A DNA stretch of 64,000 nucleotides from an uncultured Anaerolineaceae bacterium (GTDB taxonomy: Bacteria; Chloroflexota; Anaerolineae; Anaerolineales; E44-bin32), in the NCBI GenBank assembly GCA_964590515.1, contig CAZPZD010000002.1, positions 2,946 through 66,945 of the forward strand. The letters run 5' to 3'. Under the pieces are notes generated by a model. The model was not told the origin of the DNA. It ran no database searches and saw nothing but the letters and a program-made list of their open reading frames with translations. How positions within the stretch are numbered: the first letter of the stretch is position 1; every line of letters begins with the position of its first letter. Below are positions 20,672 through 31,348 of the stretch, in pieces. A program made the position numbers and the translations under genes.

Positions 20672-20677
20672 CCGCGC

Positions 20678-21403
20678 ATGCGTAAGGAGGTCAGAGATCG
20701 TCTCTTGGAGATCAACCGCGAATTCTACCAAAGCTTCGCCGGACCCTTCGTCGACAAGCGAGATCGATTGCAGCCCGGCGTGCTGCAGGCGATTGAGGAC
20801 TTGCCCATGGATGCCCGGGTACTCGAGCTGGGGTGCGGACATGCAGCCCTCGCGGCTCAACTTCATCGTCACGGCTTCCAAGGCCGCTACGTCGGCCTGG
20901 ACCACAGCCAGGCCCTGCTGGACCGAAGAGCCGCGAGCCTGCAGCCCCCAACCTATGAGTTCTGCCGAGCCGACCTCTCCGATCCAGCCTGGCCAGAAGC
21001 CATCGCCGCCCTGGGCGGCCCCTTCGAGCGGGTACTCGCCTTCGCGGTCCTGCATCACCTGCCGACGGAAGAGCTGCGTTTGGCGGTCTTGGCGGAAATC
21101 CGGCGGCTGCTCATGCCCTCCGGTTCGCTCGCCTTCTCGGTTTGGGATTTTCCAAATAGCGCCCGGATGCGCCGCCGGATCGTCCCCTGGCCGCAGGCCG
21201 GATTGAGTGCGGACGAGGTCGACCCGGCGGATTTCCTACTCGATTGGCGTCACGGAGGCAGTGGATTGCGTTATGTGCATCACTTTGTGAGCGAGGAACT
21301 GCATGGGCTGTCCGAAAAGGCCGGCTTCCAGGTCCTGGAGCAATATCACTCGGATGGGGGCCTTGGGCTGTACCAGCGATGGCAACCCGACCCCGGTCTT
21401 TGA
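20678..21403 (+). CDS. Class I SAM-dependent methyltransferase, Trm9/ALKBH8-like by motif pattern
   Basis: 241 aa from ATG 20678 (MRKEVRDRLLEINREFYQSFAGPF). Motif I VLELGCG. AVLHHLPTEELRLAVLAEIRRLLMPSG. VPW. C-terminal RYVHHFVSEEL. Confidence 0.8.
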   Translation: MRKEVRDRLLEINREFYQSFAGPFVDKRDRLQPGVLQAIEDLPMDARVLELGCGHAALAAQLHRHGFQGRYVGLDHSQALLDRRAASLQPPTYEFCRADLSDPAWPEAIAALGGPFERVLAFAVLHHLPTEELRLAVLAEIRRLLMPSGSLAFSVWDFPNSARMRRRIVPWPQAGLSADEVDPADFLLDWRHGGSGLRYVHHFVSEELHGLSEKAGFQVLEQYHSDGGLGLYQRWQPDPGL

Positions 21404-21460
21404 ATCGGCGGTGGTTCGCGCTGTGTTACCCATTGGCGATCGGCGTCCGCTCGGCCTGCA

Positions 21461-21469
21461 TGATACAAT
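21461..21469 (+). promoter_or_regulatory. Putative extended -10 promoter (TGaTACAAT) for the tRNA cluster
   Basis: It ends 33 nt upstream of the first tRNA (21503). Confidence 0.45.
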
Positions 21470-21502
21470 TCGGCCGCCCTGGAGGGGAAAGCTCGAAATC
21501 CC

Positions 21503-21590
<88 letters not shown>

Positions 21591-21597
21591 CTTACCC

Positions 21598-21691
21598 GGG
21601 GAGGTGCCGGAGCCTGGTCGATCGGGACCGCCTGCTAAGTGGTTGTTGGGGCTTAAAACCTCAACCGAGGGTTCAAATCCCTCCCTCCCCG
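21598..21691 (+). tRNA. tRNA-Ser (anticodon GCU)
   Basis: Acceptor GGGGAGG/CCTCCCC. Anticodon loop CTGCTAA. Long variable arm. T-loop TTCAAAT. No encoded CCA. Confidence 0.9.
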
Positions 21692-21744
21692 CCTTTGGCC
21701 CGTCCTCGACTGCTGTGGCTGTGGCTCGGCAGCAGGACACCCAA

Positions 21745-21817
21745 GCGCCTATAGCTCAGCGGATAGAGCGTCGGGTTGCGGACTCGAAGGCCGCAGGTTC
21801 GAATCCTGCTAGGCGCG
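21745..21817 (+). tRNA. tRNA-Arg (anticodon GCG)
   Basis: 73 nt. Acceptor GCGCCTA/TAGGCGC. Anticodon stem TCGGG/CTCGA with loop TTGCGGA. T-loop TTCGAAT. No encoded CCA. Confidence 0.85.
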
Positions 21818-21820
21818 CTC

Positions 21821-21849
21821 ACCGCCCACCAAGATCGCTGGTGGGCGGT
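21821..21849 (+). terminator. Rho-independent terminator candidate after the tRNA cluster
   Basis: 10-bp stem ACCGCCCACC/GGTGGGCGGT with a 9-nt loop, followed by CCGCTTTCT. Confidence 0.55.
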
Positions 21850-21877
21850 CCGCTTTCTGGTGGAGCGCTTGGATCGG

Positions 21878-23074
21878 CTAGGGTGAGGAAGGCAAGCTGC
21901 GCAGCAGACGCAGAATCACCCGCGGTGAGAAGGCCATCAGCGGGGTCTGGCGAGTCTGCATGATCTCCATGAAGAGCTGCGGCAAATCCGGCCAGCGGGC
22001 GGAGGCTCGGGCAAACGCGTTCAGCACGACATTGGTCATATATACTCGGCGCAGCCAGTAGGTGAGCTGAAAGGCCCGTTGGAGGCGGCGGCGCAGACGC
22101 CGTTCATACTGCGACAGCACCCGCTCCGACCAATCTCCCAACTCTAGACAGTGCTCCAGGCACTCTCCGGCCAGGACCCCCGATTCCAGGGCGTAATCGA
22201 TTCCCTCGCCCGTGAATGGATTGACCAACCCGGCCGCTTCCCCCACCAGCAGCAACCGACCCCGTCTCAGCGGGGATCGGTGAAAGTCGACTCGCAGCGG
22301 GTAAGCTTTCGTTGGGGGCTGCGCTCGCCCACTGCCGATCAGGTCCGTAATCGGCGGATGGGCCAAGAATTGGTCGAGCAGCTGGTAGGCGCTGGTCCGC
22401 ACCTCTCCAAATACTCCAACCCCGACATTCGCGCTCGTGCCAGAGGTCGGGAAAATCCAGCCATAGCCTGGCAGCGGGATCCCGTCGAAACGGATTTGGA
22501 TTTGATGCCGCTGCCTGGGGAGTTCGTCCACGTAGAGGCGGGCCGCAAATCCGAAGGAGGGTCGGGTCGGGAGCAATCCCAGCGGCTTGAGCAGTGCCAT
22601 GTTTGCACCGACTGCCAGAATCACCGAACGGGTCCGCCAGGTGTAATTCGAGCCTGGTCCGGCCGCGGCGACTAGCCCCTCCTGCTCGTGGATCTCGGTC
22701 ACTCGCACCTGCCCAATGAACTCGGCACCCGCCGCGATGGCCCCAGCCCGTAGCCCATCATCCAGCACGACTCTGGGCACCACGTAGCCCGGTTGGCCAT
22801 TGGGGTCAAACGCGGCGACAAAACTCGCCCCGCTGGGACTTGTGACGGACATGGCGTCGATCCGGTAGCCGCGTTGTAGCGGCAGGTCCACCAGGCCCAG
22901 TTGGTCAAGGATCCGCACCGCTTGGGGAGAGAGCCCGTCGCCGCAGGTTTTATCGCGCGGGAACTCTTGCCGGTCGAGCAGCAGAACCCGCCGACCCTGC
23001 CGGGCGAGCTGCAGCGCAGCGGCAGAGCCACCGGGTCCAGCACCCACAACGATGGTGTCATAAACGGAGGTCAC
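21878..23074 (-). CDS. Geranylgeranyl reductase family FAD-dependent oxidoreductase
   Basis: 398 aa. YDTIVVGAGPGGSAAALQLARQGRRVLLLDRQEFPRDKTCGDGLSP. GTG start. Confidence 0.8.
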   Translation of the reverse strand: MTSVYDTIVVGAGPGGSAAALQLARQGRRVLLLDRQEFPRDKTCGDGLSPQAVRILDQLGLVDLPLQRGYRIDAMSVTSPSGASFVAAFDPNGQPGYVVPRVVLDDGLRAGAIAAGAEFIGQVRVTEIHEQEGLVAAAGPGSNYTWRTRSVILAVGANMALLKPLGLLPTRPSFGFAARLYVDELPRQRHQIQIRFDGIPLPGYGWIFPTSGTSANVGVGVFGEVRTSAYQLLDQFLAHPPITDLIGSGRAQPPTKAYPLRVDFHRSPLRRGRLLLVGEAAGLVNPFTGEGIDYALESGVLAGECLEHCLELGDWSERVLSQYERRLRRRLQRAFQLTYWLRRVYMTNVVLNAFARASARWPDLPQLFMEIMQTRQTPLMAFSPRVILRLLRSLPSSP

Positions 23075-23105
23075 GAAGTTCCCTATCGCAGGCTGGCCTG
23101 CCGGT

Positions 23106-24188
23106 CTAAGGCAGGATGGTCAGCGGATTGACCCGCCCGAAAGAGTCGCTCCTTGCCTCAAAGTGCAGGTGAGTGCCGGTGCAGTTCCCCGTGCAGCCCA
23201 TTCCGGCGATCACACTGCCTTGGGAGACAGACTGCCCACAACCGACGTTGATCTGACTCAGGTGGGCATAGAGGGTCTGCCAACCGGTTCCGTGGTCGAG
23301 CACTACGGTGTAGCCGTAGCCCCAGTCGTTCCAGCCGGCGTAGACCGCGACCCCGTCGTCGGAGGCGTAAATGCTGCTCCCCGCGCCTCCGCCGATGTCG
23401 ATCGCTTCATGGGCACCCGGAATATAGCCGTTACCCGAGACCGATTGGCCGGCGGTCGGCCAACCGAAGACTCCGTCGCCGACAGACCCCCCGCTGATTG
23501 CCGAGCAGGCCCCTGGCCCAAGGATGCTGGCGACCGACGGATTGGAACGGGTGATCACCACCTGCTGCCAGCTGGGCGCCTCGCGGCGGCCACCCGGAAC
23601 GATCAGTTCAGTTCCGGCCGCGATTTCCGGTCGAGTGGGATCGATATCCGGATCGAGCTCGTTGCCCGGCCAGTCGATGATGTCTTGGGCCGTTACTCCG
23701 TAGAACACCGCAATTCCGTTCAAACCCTCGCCGTCGGTCCAGCGATGCAGGACACCATCCACCGGGAGGATGAACAAGTCCTGGCCCGGCTGCAGGGCGT
23801 GTGGGTCCCCCCCCATCTCGTACCAGTTGCCCCATAGGATGGATTCTGGCTTGAGGCCGAATTTCTCGGCAATCACAAAGAGGCTATCCCCGCGCTGGAC
23901 CTGATACTGCAGCAAGCCAGTTCGCGGCCGGGAGGGGATGTTGGTATGAACGTCGCTGAGCCGAGCTATCTCGCCCTGCGGATTGTCGAGAATCAGGAAG
24001 GGTGGCAGCTCCTGCAATTGGGCCGCCGGCCCCGCAGGGATTTCGGTCGGAGCCGGAGCGGGGCGCTCCAGCGCCCGGGCACCGATCGCCGCGGCGGCCA
24101 GTGCCACGGCCGCCAGGCTGGCCACCAGGCTGAAGGCTGGCCGTCTCAAACCCAACTCTTTGGTGAATCGGTCCAGCTCACGGTCCAC
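23106..24188 (-). CDS. LysM domain-containing M23 family metallopeptidase, membrane-anchored
   Basis: 360 aa. N-terminal TM. LysM (YQVQRGDSLFVIAEKFGL). M23 motifs HEAIDIGG and GTHLHFEARS. Confidence 0.85.
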   Translation of the reverse strand: MDRELDRFTKELGLRRPAFSLVASLAAVALAAAAIGARALERPAPAPTEIPAGPAAQLQELPPFLILDNPQGEIARLSDVHTNIPSRPRTGLLQYQVQRGDSLFVIAEKFGLKPESILWGNWYEMGGDPHALQPGQDLFILPVDGVLHRWTDGEGLNGIAVFYGVTAQDIIDWPGNELDPDIDPTRPEIAAGTELIVPGGRREAPSWQQVVITRSNPSVASILGPGACSAISGGSVGDGVFGWPTAGQSVSGNGYIPGAHEAIDIGGGAGSSIYASDDGVAVYAGWNDWGYGYTVVLDHGTGWQTLYAHLSQINVGCGQSVSQGSVIAGMGCTGNCTGTHLHFEARSDSFGRVNPLTILP

Positions 24189-24192
24189 CTGT

Positions 24193-25206
24193 TCAGGGGA
24201 GGAAGCTGAGCGGGTTTACTTTTCCGTACAGGTCGCTCATCAGCTCAAAGTGTACGTGGGTTCCAGAGCAATTCCCGGTGCAGCCCATCCCCCCCATCAC
24301 ATTGCCCTGGAAGAGGCCGTCGCCGCAACCGACCGCCACCGTGTCCATATGGGCATACAGGCTTTGCCAGCCGTTGCCATGATCGAGCACGACGACGTTT
24401 CCGTAGCCACCATTATGCCAGCCCGCGTAAACCACGACCCCGGCATCCACCGCGTAAAGGGCGTTACCCAGGCTCCCGCCGAGGTCGACGCCCGGGTGAA
24501 CCACCGGGTCATAGGTATACCCCGAGATGTACTGGCTGGGCGTCGGCCAAATGAAGAACCCGGATCCGACCGGCCCGTCAACAACCGAGCCGCAGTAGCC
24601 TGGGCCAAGGATCCGGGCCGAGGCCGGATTCGCTCGAGTGATGCGGGGCGCACGCCAGTCTACGGTTTCCCGCTGTCCGCCGGGTATCACCAGGACGGTC
24701 CCGGAAGCAATGTCCGGATTGAGCAGATCGAGGTTCTGGGCCAGCCGATTTCCCGGCCAGTCGAGAATGTCCTGGGGGGCGACCCCGAAGAACCCCGCGA
24801 CCGAGACCAGGGTGTCTCCCGCGGTCCAGGAGTAGAGGGTGCCATCGAGCGGCAAGATGTTGAGCTCCTGGCCGGAGACCAGGCTGTGAGGATTGTCCTC
24901 CAAGGCCTCGAAGTTTCCCCACAGCACGGTTTCAGGTTTCAACCCGAACCGATCGGAAATCCCGAAGAGGCTGTCGCCCGGCTGGACCACGTATTTCAAG
25001 ACATCCAACCGGGGACGGGTCGGGATGAGAGTAATCAGTTCAGGTAAGCGCTGAATTCCCACGCGGGGTCCGAACTCGAATTCGGGCAGGGCGAGCTCGG
25101 CGGCCTCGGCCGCTATAGCCCCTACCTGCGGACCGGATTCAGCTTCGGGGGGAAGACCGGTCAGACCGACCCGGGCCAAGATCAGTCCAGCCGCGACGAC
25201 CAGCAA
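24193..25206 (-). CDS. LysM domain-containing M23 family metallopeptidase (tandem paralogue); start codon unresolved
   Basis: LysM (YVVQPGDSLFGISDRFGL). M23 motifs HPGVDLGG and GTHVHFELMS. The stop is certain. The ORF-track GTG 25443 overlaps rho by 154 nt. The only canonical in-frame start after the rho stop is TTG 25206. Confidence 0.75.
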   Translation of the reverse strand: MLVVAAGLILARVGLTGLPPEAESGPQVGAIAAEAAELALPEFEFGPRVGIQRLPELITLIPTRPRLDVLKYVVQPGDSLFGISDRFGLKPETVLWGNFEALEDNPHSLVSGQELNILPLDGTLYSWTAGDTLVSVAGFFGVAPQDILDWPGNRLAQNLDLLNPDIASGTVLVIPGGQRETVDWRAPRITRANPASARILGPGYCGSVVDGPVGSGFFIWPTPSQYISGYTYDPVVHPGVDLGGSLGNALYAVDAGVVVYAGWHNGGYGNVVVLDHGNGWQSLYAHMDTVAVGCGDGLFQGNVMGGMGCTGNCSGTHVHFELMSDLYGKVNPLSFLP

Positions 25207-25289
25207 GAAACCAAGATGCTCGGCGTTCCTGCCAAGCGGTCTACGCTCCCGGTCGGGCGGGGGCGGCAGTGGCTGGCTTGGTTCGTTTA

Positions 25290-26567
<1,278 letters not shown>

Positions 26568-26704
26568 GGATTTTCTCCCTAGGGGAAGTTATCAACCCCT
26601 GTCTGGCGGGTTTTTCAGAATAAGCGACAGAATCTAACGAATGAGGGCTAGCTGCTAACCGGGCTCAATTGCGATGCTGGGGAAAGCACGAATTGTGCAG
26701 CCAG

Positions 26705-26713
26705 ATTATAGCA
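26705..26713 (-). promoter_or_regulatory. Putative extended -10 promoter (TGcTATAAT) for rho
   Basis: The minus strand reads TGCTATAAT. It lies about 137 nt upstream of ATG 26567, implying a leader of about 130 nt. Confidence 0.45.
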
Positions 26714-26739
26714 CCCGAGCCAATCCGGCGCAAGCGGAC

Positions 26740-27735
26740 CTAGGTTCCAGGGTCATAGTCGATCTGGCTAAAGCTCATCAGCTTTTCCCACTTATGAATC
26801 GAAGTAATCTCTCGGATTGTCCCACTGTGGGAACGCATCACCAGGCTGTGAGTCGTGGCGCCCGTCCCGCTGTACTTGACCCCGTTCAGCAGCCTGCCAT
26901 CGGTGATCCCGGTCGCGGCGAAGAACACATCTTCCCCGGCTACCAGGTCGTCAATCCCCAGCAGCCGGTCGGGCTCGTACCCCTGCTGGCGGCCCAGCTC
27001 CGCCTCATCCGCCGATCGAGGCTGAAACCTGGCTTGAATCTCGCCTCCCATGCACTTGAGCGCACAGGCGGCAAGTACCCCCTCGGGCGCGCCTCCGATC
27101 CCGACCAATACGTCGATTCCCGAGTTCGGCCAGGCTGTCATAATGGCGCCGGCGACGTCCCCATCGGTTATCAGCGCAATCCTGGCCCCGGCCCTCCGGA
27201 CCGCACCGATCAACTGTTCGTGGCGCGGCCGATCCAGAATCATGACGGTGAGATCACCGACGTCCGCCGCCTTGGCCCGGGCAACTGCCTTCAGGTTGTC
27301 CTCGATCGGTGCGTCCAGGTCGATCTGGCCTTTCGCCACCGGCCCGACTGCGATTTTGTCCATGTAAACGAACGGGCCGGGCCGGAACATGGTTCCCCGC
27401 TCGGCCGTGGCCACCGTTGCGATGGAGTTTCCTCGGCCGAGCGCCAGCAGGCGGGTCCCATCAATCGGATCGACCGCAATGTCGACCTGCGGCCCGCCAC
27501 CGTTCCCCAGCCGTTCGCCGTTGTAGAGCATCGGGGCTTGATCCTTCTCGCCCTCCCCGATCACGATCACGCCGTCGATGTCAATCGAATTCAGCACCAA
27601 CCGCATCGCGTCTACCGCGGCCCGATCGCCGGCTTCTTTGTCACCCCGCCCCATGTGTCGGCCGGCGGCCAAGGAAGCGGCTTCGGTTACCCGGGCGAGC
27701 TCGAGCGCCAAGTTCCGAGAGGGTTTCTCGCCCAT
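26740..27735 (-). CDS. glpX: Class II fructose-1,6-bisphosphatase
   Basis: 331 aa. GlpX motifs GRGDKEAGDRAAVDAMR, VIGEGEKDQAPML, VDPIDGT. The start directly abuts the cdsA stop. Confidence 0.9.
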   Translation of the reverse strand: MGEKPSRNLALELARVTEAASLAAGRHMGRGDKEAGDRAAVDAMRLVLNSIDIDGVIVIGEGEKDQAPMLYNGERLGNGGGPQVDIAVDPIDGTRLLALGRGNSIATVATAERGTMFRPGPFVYMDKIAVGPVAKGQIDLDAPIEDNLKAVARAKAADVGDLTVMILDRPRHEQLIGAVRRAGARIALITDGDVAGAIMTAWPNSGIDVLVGIGGAPEGVLAACALKCMGGEIQARFQPRSADEAELGRQQGYEPDRLLGIDDLVAGEDVFFAATGITDGRLLNGVKYSGTGATTHSLVMRSHSGTIREITSIHKWEKLMSFSQIDYDPGT

Positions 27736-28560
27736 TCAGGCTCCCCGAGTCAGCCAGCTAACCGTGTAATACCCCAACACGCCGGCCCACAGCCACGAAT
27801 CCAATCGGTCCAGTGCTCCTCCGTGGGCGGCGAAGAGGGTGCCGGTGTCTTTTACCTTCATCTCACGCTTGATCATGCTGATCCCCAAATCGCCCAGGGG
27901 ACTCAATATTGCAATCAGGCCCCCCAGGACCAAGCCTCGGACTGCGCTCAGGCCTGAATCGGGTCCGGCCGCGATGCTCCACAACCCGGCCAGGCCGGCG
28001 CCGGCTGCTCCGCCAAACACAACCCCGGCCAGGTAGCCCTCCCAGGTCTTCTTTGGGCTCAGCCGAGGAGTCAACGGGCGCTTCCCTTTCCAACTGCCTA
28101 CCAGGTAGGCCGCCGTATCGGCAATCCAAACCGCCGGCAAGGCGATCAGGATCCACCACTGGCCTTCGGGCAGCGAACGCAGCAAGACCAGGTAACCCCC
28201 GATCCATCCCAGGTACACGATTCCGGAAAGACTGACGGCAAAGTCGGTCGCTGAATGGAGGGCGCCCCGTTCATAATCCAACAGGTGCCAGGTCAGCGCG
28301 ATCAGGGTCAGCCCGGTCAGGGTGAGGGCCTGCCATTCCAGGGGCCGGTCGACTCGGACAAGGACCAGCAGTGCGACGCCAATGACCAGCAGCTGCAGCG
28401 TCGGCCGCAGCCCGGCGTTCCGAAAGAGCTGGCCGTACTCGGCCGCCGCGAACCCCAGGACCAGTGCGACCGTGCCGGCAAATAACCAACCGCCTTTGGC
28501 GATGGTCAGTATCAGAATTGGGAGGAGCAGAAGGGTGACGACGAGCCGCTGGCGCAGCAT
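27736..28560 (-). CDS. cdsA: Phosphatidate cytidylyltransferase
   Basis: 274 aa, multi-TM. Signature SMIKREMKVKDTGTLFAAHGGALDRLDS. Confidence 0.9.
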   Translation of the reverse strand: MLRQRLVVTLLLLPILILTIAKGGWLFAGTVALVLGFAAAEYGQLFRNAGLRPTLQLLVIGVALLVLVRVDRPLEWQALTLTGLTLIALTWHLLDYERGALHSATDFAVSLSGIVYLGWIGGYLVLLRSLPEGQWWILIALPAVWIADTAAYLVGSWKGKRPLTPRLSPKKTWEGYLAGVVFGGAAGAGLAGLWSIAAGPDSGLSAVRGLVLGGLIAILSPLGDLGISMIKREMKVKDTGTLFAAHGGALDRLDSWLWAGVLGYYTVSWLTRGA

Positions 28561-29277
28561 CTAGCGGAAAGCAGGGACGGTGCCGAATCGTCGCTCGCGC
28601 TGTGCGTAAGCCCAGAGCGCATGCCGCAGCTCTTCTGGGCCGAAGTCCGGCCAATAGGTCGGGGTAAACCACCACTCGGAGTAGGCGCTCTGCCAGATCA
28701 GGAAATTGCTGACCCGCATCTCGCCCGAGGTGCGAATGACCAGGTCGGGATCGGGGCTGTCGGCGGTGAACAGGTAGCGGTTGACGACTGCCTCATCGAT
28801 ACTGAGCGGGTCGAGGCCGTCTTCCAGCATGCGCTGGATCGCCTGGATGATTTCATCCCGTCCGCCGTAGTTCCAGGCGACATTCAGCACCAGTCGGGTG
28901 TTCTGCTTGGTGAGTTCGATGGCCTGACGAACCTTCTCCTGCAGTTCGGGCCGCAAACCTTCCAGCCGGCCAATGTGACGGAGCTGCACTCCATTCCCGT
29001 GCAGCTCTTTCAACTCCCGATCGATGACCTCTTCGAGAATGTTGATCAGCCCTCGCACCTCTCCGGTCGGGCGTTCCCAATTCTCAGTGGAGAAGGCATA
29101 GATCGTAAGATAGCCGATTCCGAAGTCGGCCGCCGCCCGCAGCACCCGGCGCAAATTCTCGACCCCCGCCCGGTGGCCGGCCAGCCGAGGCAATCCCCGC
29201 TCTCGGGCCCACCGGCCGTTTCCGTCCATGATGATCGCGACGTGGGAAGGGACAACTTCCGGTAAGCCTTCGTCCAT
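28561..29277 (-). CDS. uppS: Isoprenyl transferase (undecaprenyl diphosphate synthase family)
   Basis: HVAIIMDGNGRWA and IRTSGEMRVSNFLIWQSAYSE. I prefer ATG 29277 (238 aa). The alternative GTG 29322 overlaps frr by 35 nt. Confidence 0.9.
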   Translation of the reverse strand: MDEGLPEVVPSHVAIIMDGNGRWARERGLPRLAGHRAGVENLRRVLRAAADFGIGYLTIYAFSTENWERPTGEVRGLINILEEVIDRELKELHGNGVQLRHIGRLEGLRPELQEKVRQAIELTKQNTRLVLNVAWNYGGRDEIIQAIQRMLEDGLDPLSIDEAVVNRYLFTADSPDPDLVIRTSGEMRVSNFLIWQSAYSEWWFTPTYWPDFGPEELRHALWAYAQRERRFGTVPAFR

Positions 29278-29287
29278 CTGGCGATCC

Positions 29288-29845
29288 TCAGATCTCGAGG
29301 ACTTCGCTCTCCTTGCGCTCACTCGTTTTGCCGATTTGATCGATGTAGCCGTCGGTGACTTTCTGAAGTTGCTCCTCGCCTCGGCGAAGGTCGTCCTTCG
29401 AGATCACCTTCTCCTGCTCGAACTCCCGCAGATCACTGTGGACGTCCCTCCGGACGTTGCGGACCGCCACCCGGGCCTCCTCGGCCCGGGCCCGCACCAG
29501 TTTCACCAATTCATGCCGGCGCTCTTCGTTGAGCGGAGGAATGCTCAGCCGAATCAATTTACCGTCGTTGCTTGGAGTGAGACCCAAGTCGGAGGACAGG
29601 ATCGCCCGCTCGATCTCCTTGATGCTGCCGGGATCGAAGGGCCGAATCGTCAGCAAGCGCGCTTCAGGGGCGGAAATCGTGGCGAGTTGGATGAGCGGGG
29701 TCGGGTTCCCATAGTAGTCGACCAGGACCTTTTCCGCTAAGGCGGGTGAGGCGCGCCCGGTCCGGACGGCGGCTAGATCCTCTTCAAGCGCACGGACTGC
29801 GCCCGCCATCCGAGATTCGGCCTCCGCCAAGGCATCCTTGATCAT
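29288..29845 (-). CDS. frr: Ribosome recycling factor
   Basis: 185 aa, RRF family over its full length. Conserved position between pyrH and uppS. Confidence 0.95.
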   Translation of the reverse strand: MIKDALAEAESRMAGAVRALEEDLAAVRTGRASPALAEKVLVDYYGNPTPLIQLATISAPEARLLTIRPFDPGSIKEIERAILSSDLGLTPSNDGKLIRLSIPPLNEERRHELVKLVRARAEEARVAVRNVRRDVHSDLREFEQEKVISKDDLRRGEEQLQKVTDGYIDQIGKTSERKESEVLEI

Positions 29846-29883
29846 CCGCCGGCTCCGATCTGTTCGCCAGTGCCTGTGAGTTC

Positions 29884-29892
29884 AAGATAGCA
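29884..29892 (-). promoter_or_regulatory. Putative internal extended -10 promoter (TGcTATCTT) upstream of frr
   Basis: The minus strand reads TGCTATCTT, 38 nt upstream of ATG 29845. GGAG RBS in between. Confidence 0.3.
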
Positions 29893-29973
29893 TAGCCCAA
29901 AACGAGTGTTTTGCGAAGCAGGCTCAGCTTGGGGGGACCGCTCGATTACCGGCCGCAGCAGGATGGGCCGAAA

Positions 29974-31344
<1,371 letters not shown>

Positions 31345-31348
<4 letters not shown>

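Noticed and set aside
20660-21058. 133-codon N-terminal extension of the Elp3 ORF, plus the 156-codon extension of the methyltransferase ORF (20210-20677).
   Set aside because: Each extension is antisense to the other gene's well-supported coding region. Internal ATGs at 20659 and 20678 give family-typical N-termini.
26674-27957. 427-aa plus-strand ORF spanning glpX and the cdsA 3' end.
   Set aside because: Antisense to two genes with strong family motifs. It also crosses a gene boundary, which a real gene would not be expected to do.
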